Virus record (IMG/VR): IMGVR_UViG_3300037519_000101
Direction: 5' to 3' (one strand)
Source: an uncultured virus (IMG/VR IMGVR_UViG_3300037519_000101)
Taxonomy: Duplodnaviria; Heunggongvirae; Uroviricota; Caudoviricetes
Length of the DNA: 64,000 bases
The translations under genes were made by a program, and so were the position numbers. Positions 45,501 through 55,300 of the stretch are shown here, piece by piece. The first letter of the stretch is position 1; every line of letters begins with the position of its first letter. The notes beneath the pieces are model-generated. The model searched no databases and was not told the DNA's origin. It saw only the letters and a program-made list of their open reading frames with translations.

Positions 45501-48500
45501 TAACAGTTTCAATATCTGCCATAGTTGGTTCAGCTAACTTACCATCTGCATTAATGTTAGTCATGAAGATTGTAAGTTTATCAATATCAAAGTCACCCCC
45601 GGACTTAGCAACTATCTCTGCTGGCGGGATAATGATGTTACCTGCTTGTGGAGGTAAGAATTCATAAACTTCCATGAACTCCATAGAGTTTAGACCCTGA
45701 ACCGGAATCCTAACCCCTACAAGAGTTATTGCTTTTCTGTTAGCTTCATTATCAGCATCTAACCATTCATCATCTTTGATAGCCTGGTTTAATCTTTCAA
45801 TAGTACCAATGGTTTCTCCATTATATTCAAGATTCAACAAGTTAGCATAGTCCCCCTGTAATGCAATCATAACCTTCATTGCTGCAGTTTTACCATTAGC
45901 CTTCTTGTGATATGTAGGAAGTACATTACTACCTCTCCATTTTTTCTTCTCAGCATCTGTTGCATTTGTAAAATCTCCAATACTACTTATGTTATTTTCA
46001 AACATTGCTGAGGATACTTGTACTAATGGTTCACCTTTAATTTTTTGTTTAATGATTCTTTTATTAATCATTGACAAAAGCACTTTTTCAATTTTAAGTA
46101 CCTCTGGGTGATAAGATAAGTCAATTGCTATTTGACCAGAATCTACTGAATCAATGAAATCAATTAACTCATTTCCATAAGCATCTTCTCTTTCTAAGTT
46201 AGCTCTGATTAATTCTAATAGTTTAGAAACACTGTCTTTATCTCTTGGTTGGTATTCACCTTCTGATACTTCATCATAACCAATTTCTTCTAATAGTTTT
46301 AATTTAACTAGTTCAGTATATGCAGTTACATCTTTTAAGTATTTTTCTACAACCGGTTTAGCTGATTCAGAAGTAATTTTACCATTCTCATAAAGGTTAT
46401 CTAAGATTAACTTTCTCATCTGAGTAGAGAAGATAGACTTACCTTTAAAGTCAGCATTAACTTCTGTTTGGTTCTTTAGGAACTCTGTGAAGATTGTATT
46501 TACAGTAAACTTGCTATCTTCAATTATTTTACCTTTCTCATCAAATATTTCATCACCTTTACCAATATGTCCAATTTTTGAACCAGATTCATATACAACA
46601 TAGTCTAGCTGATCTCTCATCATTTTCTCATGTAAATCATATAGTGGTGTACCTTTTTTTGCTACACCTGGTATAATTGGATTAAGTGAAAACTTATGGA
46701 AAGATGTTACAGGTAAGAAATCTGATTTGATATTACCTATATACTGTAATTTATATGGTGGGAAAAACTTAGTAATATCTCCTGCAGCTACATCTTCACC
46801 TTTAGCAATTTTTTTGTAAAGTTCTTCTTGTTCTGGTAACCAGCTTCCTTCAAGATTTTTTAACTTTCTATATGCTTCAAATGTAACATGCCCTTGACCA
46901 TCACCAATTTCCATACCTTTATAACCTTTAAGTGCTATTTCAGTAAGTTGTTTTGCTTTGTCTTTATCTTTTAATCTAGAATAGTAATCATTATATACAG
47001 CATCATAGTACTCATCATAGTAAATTGATTTATCAATTTCTCTTTCTTTTAGAATTGCTGTCTTTAAAGTACCATCATAAGCTCTAGAACTAAAACCAAA
47101 TGAATCTGAATAGTAAGTAGGTAAGGAGTTTACAAAATCTAATATTTTTTTATCAGATGAGAAACTTCTTCCACCCCCACCAAAACCAGCATTACGCTTA
47201 TGGAACTCTTCTTTGGTATGATTATATTGAGCTAAGTCACCATATACTATAATTGCAGTCTCAAATTTATGAATCCAAGAGTTATATGTATAAGCTTTTA
47301 AAAGAATTTCATTAACCTCATCATCTGAAAGATTATCAAATCCAGGTATTCTTTCTTTTAAACCAGTGTCAATATATTTTGCTTGCTCTAATCTATCAAG
47401 ATTTTGTTTAGTAAGCTTTGTAAAATAGTCAGTTGTTTCTGCTTCTAGTATAGCTCTCAAAGAAGGATCTGAATTAATCACATCCATCATGTCAAAAGAA
47501 GTGTTTTTATCTGCTACAGCTTTGTCTATGATAGCATATAACAATGCTTGTGTATCTTCTGTAAGAACATCATCAAATGCAGTAAATGCACCCCCGGCCA
47601 TTACCTCAGTATTTTTTTTATCTTTTCTTGTTACTTTTCTGTTATAACCCTTATAGTTTTTAAGAGTGTCTTTATTAAGACCAAACTTAAATATTCTATT
47701 AGACTCAGCCATTATATAACCAGAAATGATATCAAAAGCTCTTGACTCACCAAATCCATATGGTGCAAAGTTCTTGATGTCTACATATAATTTGTTATCA
47801 CCTTTAGCAATACCGGTATCAATTTTTCCTGTTACAGTCAAACCTTGAGCCATTTGCTTAGAAGCATGTCTCATAAATTCTTCTACACCATTCATCAACA
47901 TAGTATGTATCTCTTGTAAGAACTTACTTGTTGCATCCATTGATGCAGTAGAAATACCATCTTTTTTATCTTGAGCTCCTTTTCTTTGTTCTATTAACTG
48001 TGTACCAGCAACATTATTCAATAATAAATTGTTTTTTAATCTTGTTCCTGCAGGTTTCTTTTTGTCTTTTAAATCAAAAAGAGAACCAAGTAAGTAAGAA
48101 TGTAAAGAATAAGGATTTATCTCCTCAGATAACCAACGCATGTGTTGGAATTTGTTTGATGGATCAGCCTCTGCTCTGGTAAGTTCTGACCAGGACTTAG
48201 CAAAATTGATTGATGTTATTTTTCTAGTGATTGTATTATCTAAGAAATGTTCCCATACTCTATTTCCTTCAGGGCTTAGGGCACTAAAATTAGAATATAA
48301 ATCAGAATTAGCTGCTTGTAATCTTGCAAGTTCTTTAACACGGGTATTAGATATCTTCATTTTAGCATTGCTACTAAAGTCTTTAGTAACACCCTCCATG
48401 ATATATTTAATTGGATTTCTTGCAATGAATAAAGCTTCAGTATTTGATGTAGCAACAGCACTTCTTATAGTACTAAATATATGGTCAACACCATATCTGA

Positions 48501-51500
48501 TACCAAATCTTGGATCATCAGTTATCTCTCTAATTGCTTTATTTGTATAATCTAATTTAATACCAATAGCATTTAAAAAGTCTTTTGATAATTCATACTT
48601 AAAGTCTCCGTTTTTATTGGTAAATGTTTTGAATACTTTCTCAGTATCCAATACATATCTGTTATTTATTGGATCAAATACCATAAACATATTAGTACTT
48701 GGATCTTCATTAACAAACATAAAGTTCCAATCTCTAATCACATTATTAACAGGGAAGTCTGATTTACTTACTACAGCATCATAAACTGCTTCTCCTTTTT
48801 TAATTGGAGTAGCATTTACATTTAACTGTAAATAAGAAATTCTTGGTTTTTTTAAATCTTGCCAAAAATTAACATCAATATTAAATTCAGTAATGTCATT
48901 GTAATTAGCCAATGATGGATCAGGAAGCAATGCTAAAAGTTGTTTTATTTCTGGCTCAGACTTAATAGCATTTTGTAATCTACTATACATCTCAATTTTA
49001 TCAAAGGAACCGGCTAATATTTTAGCAAGCTTGTTCCACATGATCCCCATGTCAACTAATATTGGTTCTCCAAATTCATTTAATTCATATTCAATATTGA
49101 ATTTAGTTTTACCATCTACTACTTCAAAATCAAACTTTGATCTATTAACTTTATAGATACTACTTAAAATAGTTTTGGTAGCTTCACTTGCCTCATCTTT
49201 TGATGATATAGTGTTACCACTGTCCAATTTAAAAGTTTGAGACTGCTCCATGTTAGTAGGATCATTATCAATCTCTACATAAGTATTATTTAAAATTTTA
49301 AATCTTGAGTTTTCTAAGTGGTAAGCAACAACACCTGATTTTTCTTTTCCTTCTACTGCAGCTTTAGGATCACCAAAATTGGTAATCATCTTCTCAATAA
49401 AAGTTAAGTTACTTAATAAGTAATCTGGAACATCCTCTCCTGTAGATGCAAGCTGTGCAGCTTCTACCTGATAAGCACTAAATTTATTTTTCAATATACC
49501 AAGAACTGTGTTATACATTGCTACACGGTTATTGTTATTGTATAAAATTTTAATAGCTCCTGCTGTATTGTTTTTAGATTGGTTGTATTTAAGAAAAATT
49601 TTAGGCAGAATAGTATCCACTAAATTCGCAGCTTTTAAAGACTCAGATTCTGTAAAGTCTTTGTATTCACTTTTAAATTCTTTAAGTGGTGTAATTACTT
49701 TAGCTCTGTTAAGTTTAGTAAACATCATATTATCTGCAGATGGTTGCATGTTTTGTAACAACTCAGGTCTTTCAGAAGCATAGTATAATTTGTCAAACAA
49801 TTCTTTTACCGCAGCAATTTCTCTTGGTCTTGTAATAACTTGTTGTTTTGTTGCTTTACCAAAGAGGTTATTTAGGAAATTATATATTCTTCTAAATACT
49901 GTACCTAAGAAGCCTTTAGGAGCTTTGTTTTTACCTTTGCTTCTAGCATAATCTCTAAAGTCTTCAGCAATATCTTCTTCAATTTCCCAATAAGATTTAT
50001 CAGCCCATTTTGGTTGAGCTTTTAATTCATTATATAATTTAATTTTTTCAGGTTTGGTAAGAAACAATTGTGAGAATCCGTGCCATGCTTCATGGTATAT
50101 ATCTACAGAAGTACCACCATCACCTTCATAAAGTGTAATACCTGATTTACTAAAAGTAGCAAAGGCATTAGAGTTTACAATTTTTGCAATTCTGGTTAAA
50201 CTTATTTCTTTATTTAATGGAGAATTATCCCACCAAGTATCAGCTACTTGTTTATCTTCTTCAGTAGTAAATAACTTGTCTAAAAAATTATCTAAAGATT
50301 TACTTCTTTCAAATTCATCAACATCAAAATCAAAATCTAAATCATCAGGCATATCAGAAAGATCTACTTTATCTAATGTCTCATCAGTTATATTGTCAAG
50401 TTCTTCTTCAAATGGAGCTTCTTCAGTAACTTTAGCTGCTTCAGTTCTAGACTCTTTGTATTTTTCTTCTTTTGTTGTAGGAGCCGGTGTGTTTACTTTT
50501 GTATTTTCAACAGCTATAGCATACTCAGAATTATCCATGAATTCAGCTGGAATCTCATATACTAAATATGGATTATTACCATAAGCATACTGTTGATATT
50601 CTTTACTGTATTTAACTTTTGTATAATCTTTTTTGAATTCAAGGTACTCTACTGGAGTTACAGTAATTTTATTACCTTCTACAGTAAAGTCATTGAAAGT
50701 AGTATTCTTATAAGTATCATTAAAATGTACTGAGACAGGTAAAGCATTACCATTTTTACTTATTCTTTTAACTTTTAAATGTTTTTTGATTGCTTCTTTT
50801 GCTTTTTCAGTATATAAGTCATCTCCTGAAAATACAATGTCATTACCTTCAGAATCTTTTATTGCTACTGTAAGAACACCATCTTTAATTTTAGCAGTGA
50901 TTTGTTCTCTGTTTGTTTTCTCAGGATAGTTGATTGTGTTATTGATAAAAACTTCAAAGTACTCTTGTCTTTGTTTATTATCTAATTCTTTACCTGTTGA
51001 TAATTTTGCTTTGGTTGTTAAAACTGTTGCAACTTTTTCAGCAAGTACTTCATCAAAGTCACCATACATACAATCAATAACTTGCGGGATTCTTCCTACA
51101 GGAGTATCAATAAATACTGTAATAACAGGTACACCTTTCTTACTATTGTTCTTATCCTTTATAATATCATATGTAGATAATTCTTCTTTAGTGATACCAA
51201 CTTGACTAGCAGGTTTTGCATATGCATCTGGTGCAATACCTAAACTACCACCAGTAATATTTAATTTTACAGGTTCTTCACTTGCTTCAACTAAGTTTCT
51301 TAAATTATACAAACCATTCATTAGTTCAGTTTGTTCTTTTAAGATCTCTTCAGTTCTTACATCAACCCATTCTTGAGTTATTTCTCCTCCTTGATCAGCA
51401 AATAAGTCTGCTTCATCATTAGCTAATTTCTCAGCATTAACAAGAGTATTTTTATAAATACGTTTTTGACCATCACCAAGTGTTCTGCTATATACTAAAG

Positions 51501-52368
51501 CAAGTTCACCATCTACTTTTATTACTTTTCTTAAAAAAGTATAAACAACAGTACCATTCTCTTCATCAGTTATGTTACCATCTTTATCAAAATAAATATA
51601 GTTACCTTCTTTATCAGTTATAACTCCAAATACACCAACAGATTCCTCATCTTTGGCAATTAAATGTTCTCTTAATTTATATTCATCAGGAAAAGATGAA
51701 GCTCTGGTAGCAGACATTATGATTGGAACACCTTGATATATAACATCAGTTTCAGTTAATGATCTGTATGTTATTGCTGCTACAATATTTTTCTGAACTA
51801 TATTGAATATACCTTTTTTTTGATCATCTGGATTTCTATTCTCACCTTTCTTAAACTCAGTAGGATTTTTAGATCTTGATGTTTGTAAAGATGTAACATT
51901 AGGATAAGAAATTTTAGCAGCATTTCTTTTTTCTAAATCAGAATCACTCAGTGCAGCATCACTTTCAACTTTTACATCATTCTTAGTTTTGTTTACTTCC
52001 TCAAGTTCTTTTTCTATATCATCAAAAGATTCCTTTTTTGGATTTATAAATTTCTGAACATTTTCTAATTCTTCAAATTCAATAGACTTATCAAGAATTG
52101 GATCAAGACTAAAGTTATTAGATCTTAAATATTTTTTGATTTTATTATTGCTAACAGCAACTAAAGAAAAAACATCCGGTATAGCTTGTGCATACAATAA
52201 AGCTTTATCTGCTTCCCCTGTAGCTTCTTTTACACCTTCATAAATTTCTTTTATCATTCCATCAACTGAAATATCAAAAGGTTTTCCAGCACTCATACGG
52301 TCAAATACTTCACCGTATAATGCTACATATAAATCTTTAATCTGATTGTCTTTTAATGCACAAGCCAT
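42547..52368 (-). CDS. Virion-packaged single-subunit two-barrel RNA polymerase (crAss-like) with a zincin domain
   Basis: VRIPVQG...GGDFDIDKL (45580-45594), DGQG, FHKFS, STQMRKL; YHEAWH at 50080-50094. Confidence 0.92.
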   Translation of the reverse strand: MACALKDNQIKDLYVALYGEVFDRMSAGKPFDISVDGMIKEIYEGVKEATGEADKALLYAQAIPDVFSLVAVSNNKIKKYLRSNNFSLDPILDKSIEFEELENVQKFINPKKESFDDIEKELEEVNKTKNDVKVESDAALSDSDLEKRNAAKISYPNVTSLQTSRSKNPTEFKKGENRNPDDQKKGIFNIVQKNIVAAITYRSLTETDVIYQGVPIIMSATRASSFPDEYKLREHLIAKDEESVGVFGVITDKEGNYIYFDKDGNITDEENGTVVYTFLRKVIKVDGELALVYSRTLGDGQKRIYKNTLVNAEKLANDEADLFADQGGEITQEWVDVRTEEILKEQTELMNGLYNLRNLVEASEEPVKLNITGGSLGIAPDAYAKPASQVGITKEELSTYDIIKDKNNSKKGVPVITVFIDTPVGRIPQVIDCMYGDFDEVLAEKVATVLTTKAKLSTGKELDNKQRQEYFEVFINNTINYPEKTNREQITAKIKDGVLTVAIKDSEGNDIVFSGDDLYTEKAKEAIKKHLKVKRISKNGNALPVSVHFNDTYKNTTFNDFTVEGNKITVTPVEYLEFKKDYTKVKYSKEYQQYAYGNNPYLVYEIPAEFMDNSEYAIAVENTKVNTPAPTTKEEKYKESRTEAAKVTEEAPFEEELDNITDETLDKVDLSDMPDDLDFDFDVDEFERSKSLDNFLDKLFTTEEDKQVADTWWDNSPLNKEISLTRIAKIVNSNAFATFSKSGITLYEGDGGTSVDIYHEAWHGFSQLFLTKPEKIKLYNELKAQPKWADKSYWEIEEDIAEDFRDYARSKGKNKAPKGFLGTVFRRIYNFLNNLFGKATKQQVITRPREIAAVKELFDKLYYASERPELLQNMQPSADNMMFTKLNRAKVITPLKEFKSEYKDFTESESLKAANLVDTILPKIFLKYNQSKNNTAGAIKILYNNNNRVAMYNTVLGILKNKFSAYQVEAAQLASTGEDVPDYLLSNLTFIEKMITNFGDPKAAVEGKEKSGVVAYHLENSRFKILNNTYVEIDNDPTNMEQSQTFKLDSGNTISSKDEASEATKTILSSIYKVNRSKFDFEVVDGKTKFNIEYELNEFGEPILVDMGIMWNKLAKILAGSFDKIEMYSRLQNAIKSEPEIKQLLALLPDPSLANYNDITEFNIDVNFWQDLKKPRISYLQLNVNATPIKKGEAVYDAVVSKSDFPVNNVIRDWNFMFVNEDPSTNMFMVFDPINNRYVLDTEKVFKTFTNKNGDFKYELSKDFLNAIGIKLDYTNKAIREITDDPRFGIRYGVDHIFSTIRSAVATSNTEALFIARNPIKYIMEGVTKDFSSNAKMKISNTRVKELARLQAANSDLYSNFSALSPEGNRVWEHFLDNTITRKITSINFAKSWSELTRAEADPSNKFQHMRWLSEEINPYSLHSYLLGSLFDLKDKKKPAGTRLKNNLLLNNVAGTQLIEQRKGAQDKKDGISTASMDATSKFLQEIHTMLMNGVEEFMRHASKQMAQGLTVTGKIDTGIAKGDNKLYVDIKNFAPYGFGESRAFDIISGYIMAESNRIFKFGLNKDTLKNYKGYNRKVTRKDKKNTEVMAGGAFTAFDDVLTEDTQALLYAIIDKAVADKNTSFDMMDVINSDPSLRAILEAETTDYFTKLTKQNLDRLEQAKYIDTGLKERIPGFDNLSDDEVNEILLKAYTYNSWIHKFETAIIVYGDLAQYNHTKEEFHKRNAGFGGGGRSFSSDKKILDFVNSLPTYYSDSFGFSSRAYDGTLKTAILKEREIDKSIYYDEYYDAVYNDYYSRLKDKDKAKQLTEIALKGYKGMEIGDGQGHVTFEAYRKLKNLEGSWLPEQEELYKKIAKGEDVAAGDITKFFPPYKLQYIGNIKSDFLPVTSFHKFSLNPIIPGVAKKGTPLYDLHEKMMRDQLDYVVYESGSKIGHIGKGDEIFDEKGKIIEDSKFTVNTIFTEFLKNQTEVNADFKGKSIFSTQMRKLILDNLYENGKITSESAKPVVEKYLKDVTAYTELVKLKLLEEIGYDEVSEGEYQPRDKDSVSKLLELIRANLEREDAYGNELIDFIDSVDSGQIAIDLSYHPEVLKIEKVLLSMINKRIIKQKIKGEPLVQVSSAMFENNISSIGDFTNATDAEKKKWRGSNVLPTYHKKANGKTAAMKVMIALQGDYANLLNLEYNGETIGTIERLNQAIKDDEWLDADNEANRKAITLVGVRIPVQGLNSMEFMEVYEFLPPQAGNIIIPPAEIVAKSGGDFDIDKLTIFMTNINADGKLAEPTMADIETVKNAIKEKNAAGESLDQLFKEQMAGLENELIKDVKAILELPENFVSLVTPNGTFLLKETADRLAEYVMQYNPYSTLMTPGKEKQISPTRVLETMYNLYKHESNIVGKATLGLGAIENTFNILLNSIGASLPKTYMSKPGTKNEEIRETSLALRHNTMNVNGEERISLSNIYDVDNVNKIADIFSQAINGWVDVEKDAWIFFIQGNYEVAPILLFLVKAGVPVKEAIYFVSQPLVREYVDQQRLIGSTFAPMLGKAVDSQNLVKYTAMKEVIANNFPKNILPADAKVKTILDTADSLLEKVMKDRDEKVFTEKGMLKLIEESAADPSKKKREVSLAMFLHYLKIEDQIKGLTKVKMNANPDTNTNTTLTNIELSENTLSDLVDDEYMSDLITGLMNDSVISSFFNGPLALALSRPLFKLRYNKTFSNYIITLKKTGLLDKIVDKTFNGNEKAFINAFRNDLVSYIFQNALLKDKLGDSYMSYDLKETADIKSFESKYFGAYVKTNKDESKTLFVNDDVLKLQFENKAWATSNEDPENPYKVLGLHQVDEMTFTGIEKGQNFNQYKKFVIEREYLRSIYPKEESQSKKEYEKFLAEKALDNTYNFNHLFNNVNTAYANRVSKVIFDYPLLTKKFDVLSVLKSESNFDQTIFNLGIADRDINSTKANMFISNFKDLADPVVLKTFAKELKLNDADIKKITDLFSMLPTFAYLQSGINKSSYNLVPFVDYTKVIDIIQDSGNELIELLDKDPLKGIFILNDYLNKFEFANNKVTNPTKKEFKNYLTDFDVNKTEVNKTEPESVDVTSDLIETKEPNVFLYDSKNKDSKYYKNLTDKNSKVIFLHSFTNSEFEDNRNKNHTEQSVMQLHAPDMSIPVIISLDKNDNLSDLSADDKELIKEYWSKILSTAESIKEKGGNIALPTAGFGNPNLMPQDLFVYLSRELYEKLGYLNPGSLLHKEIDDLIVSKQGISDEEILQAYGFETDPFNCV

Positions 52369-52371
52369 TTC

Positions 52372-55300
52372 TTAACAAGTTTTTGAATTATTGAATAGGT
52401 TATTAAATCTAGTAGCTTTATCTGTTGACTCAGCTTCTTTTTCAGCTTCTTGAATTACATCTTTGTTATTTGAAAATTCTTCAAAGTTTTCTTTACTGAT
52501 AGTAGAGTTGTCTTGAGTTTCTTCAGTAACTGGAGTTTCTTTTTCTTTTTCAGCTTCCATGGCTTCTTTAGAGTATTTAGTAAAATTATCTTTAAGTTCC
52601 TGTTCAGTAAATGTTTTCTTAGTGTCTGTACCATAGATCTTTACAACAACTTGTTTAGAGCTCTTGTTCATTGAAGTAACTTCCACTACAACATTTTCTG
52701 CACCATCAAAGATAGCTGTTTTTGAGATAAGAAGTGAACCTTTTTCTAATGTATCTGCTGAAACATTTTGTAATTCTTTCTTTCTATTTTCAAAAGCTTG
52801 TTGAACATTAACTGCTGATACATCACCTCTATTATTAATAGCATTTGTGTATGCCTCACGAAGTTCAGTTTCATTCTTAGCATTGTTTATACCATCAAAT
52901 AAATCTGAATTTTCAGTTGCTTGTACTTTAGGTGCTGTAAAAACAGGTTTTATCTGTTTAGCAGAGCCTACTATTTGTTTAAGTTCTTCTGTTGAGACTC
53001 CTTGTTCAGGTAATCCAGAAACTGCTTTTGTTTGTTTTCCGGTAGACTTTTCATTCTGAGATACACCAGTCCCTTTCTGTACTTTTGTGGTTGCTCCGAA
53101 GACTTTGTTTGCTGCCCCTTGTTGCTTGCTGATTCTTGGTTTTTTTGTTTTTCCATCTTCAATAATTTTTATCAAATTTAAGTCATTTTTAAGATGTAAC
53201 AACTCATTAATTTGATTTGATACATCATCTACTAAATCCCCTCTATTAATAATTGTTTCCCCTAATGCATTTAAAGAATCAATTGACTGGTCTATCCAAT
53301 AATAAATACCCATTAACTGAACAGGAGTTATTGCCTTAACACCTTTTTCCATTAAAGTATCTAATTGCTCAGGATAATCTGTTTCTAAAGCTTCTGTTAT
53401 TGCTTTACTTACAGCAGAAGATAAACTAAGTCTATCAATTTCTTTAAGATGTTTTACTTCCTCTAAGGGTTTGAAATTTTTAGTAGCTTTTTGGAAACTA
53501 TTAGGTAAAGTATTTAAAGCAAATATGTAATCATTTGCATTACCACCTTTTTCAAATATCAAGTCATTAGTTTCTATAAGTTTATTATTTACTTTTTCTA
53601 ATACTTCAATACTATCTTTAAGTTGAGCAATTTGATTTAATACAAATAACTTAGTAATGGTACTTTTTTGTTTTACATTTTGTTTTTTAACAATTTGGTA
53701 AATTCTATTGAGCTCTTTATTTAACTCTTGAATTTCTAAATCATTTCTTAAAATTTGCTTTTCATTTTTTCTATAACTTAAAGCTGCAATTGCACCTGTC
53801 TTATCTCTAATAACATCATATCTAACATCATTAATAATAGCAGTAGTTTCATCCTCATTAGTAAATTCAGCTTTTATGTATTGACCATTTAGTCTGTTTA
53901 CCTGGAATGGGAAAGTAATACCGGTAACAACACCAATACCTAAGTCTAATCCATCTAAAGAACTATCTGTAACAGGTTTAAATTTATAGTAAAGAGTTAC
54001 TATTTCTTTACCACCTTTAGCATTACCATCTTTGATTTCTTTTTGTAATTCAGTGATTTTATTGTCAAGTCCTTTTCTATATTCTGGATCCGGTGTTTCT
54101 AATAAATCATCTGCTTCTAGATCTTTTTCTAAACTTGCTACAAGTTGCTCTAGTAAATCTATATCTTTAGTTACTCTATATTCAATACCAAATGATCCAT
54201 TAGGCAAAGTAACAACTTTACCAAGACGGCCATTAAACAGTACTGTTTTATTTAACAGATTGCTCAAACTTGTTTTTGATAAATCTTCAATTTCTTCTAC
54301 TTTATCTGAGGTATCTTTTGTTTCACCAGTCCCCTCTAAATCACCATCTTCTTCAGTTAAATCAGTTTCAAATTTAGGTTCTATCATGGTTACACCATAC
54401 TCAGCAATGTCTTCTAAGAATGGTAATGGATAATAACCTTTAGCAAGAAGTTCTTGTTTATTGGTTTTATTATCATCCATTTTTATTGGTTTACCATCTT
54501 CACCTAAAACATCTACTTTAGCTTTATCAATGTCTCTTACATAACCATCAACATTTACATCAATCTGTAAAGGCAATACTCTTAATTGTTCAGCTTTAAT
54601 ACCAGTCATGTTATAAAACAATGTAGCATAAATTGATAACTGGGCACGGTGACTTATGTTTTTATAGTTGTTAGGGTTTTTATAATCTCCCCATTTCTTA
54701 GAAGTCTTGATATCAATAATCATGATTTCACCTTTAGCATTGACAGCTAATAAATCTATCTCACCTGTAATACCCAAAGTTTTATCAAACACTAAAAGGT
54801 TTTCCGGAAACAATACAAATTTCCCGTCAATCATCTTGCTTCTTATAGAAGATACTATACCACCCGGTCCAAACAATCTATTGAAAGCTTTCTGAGACAT
54901 GAAGTCTGAAACTTTGTAATCAACACCATTTATATCTATTGTACCTGTATACTTAACTTCAGCAAATCCTTCACCAGAACCAGAATCAAGAGTTAAAAAT
55001 TTTCTAATTAACTCATCAACTTTTGTACCTGCATCAGTAGATTCCTTAAATGCATATTCATCAATTAATTTTTCTAGTCTTTCAACAGTAGGCTCTTTTC
55101 TCAAACCTTCTTCTACAGCAGCTAACTTAGCTTTAGAATTAAACTGATCGTAACCACCACCTAAAGAAAGTTTTTTAAACAAAGCCATGAATGTATCAAC
55201 GGCTTTATTTGGATCTGTCTCATTTTCTAAAACAGAAGCAAACCTTTTTATAAGATCACCTTTCTTATTGTAACCTGCATATTCAAATCCACTTTTGTCA

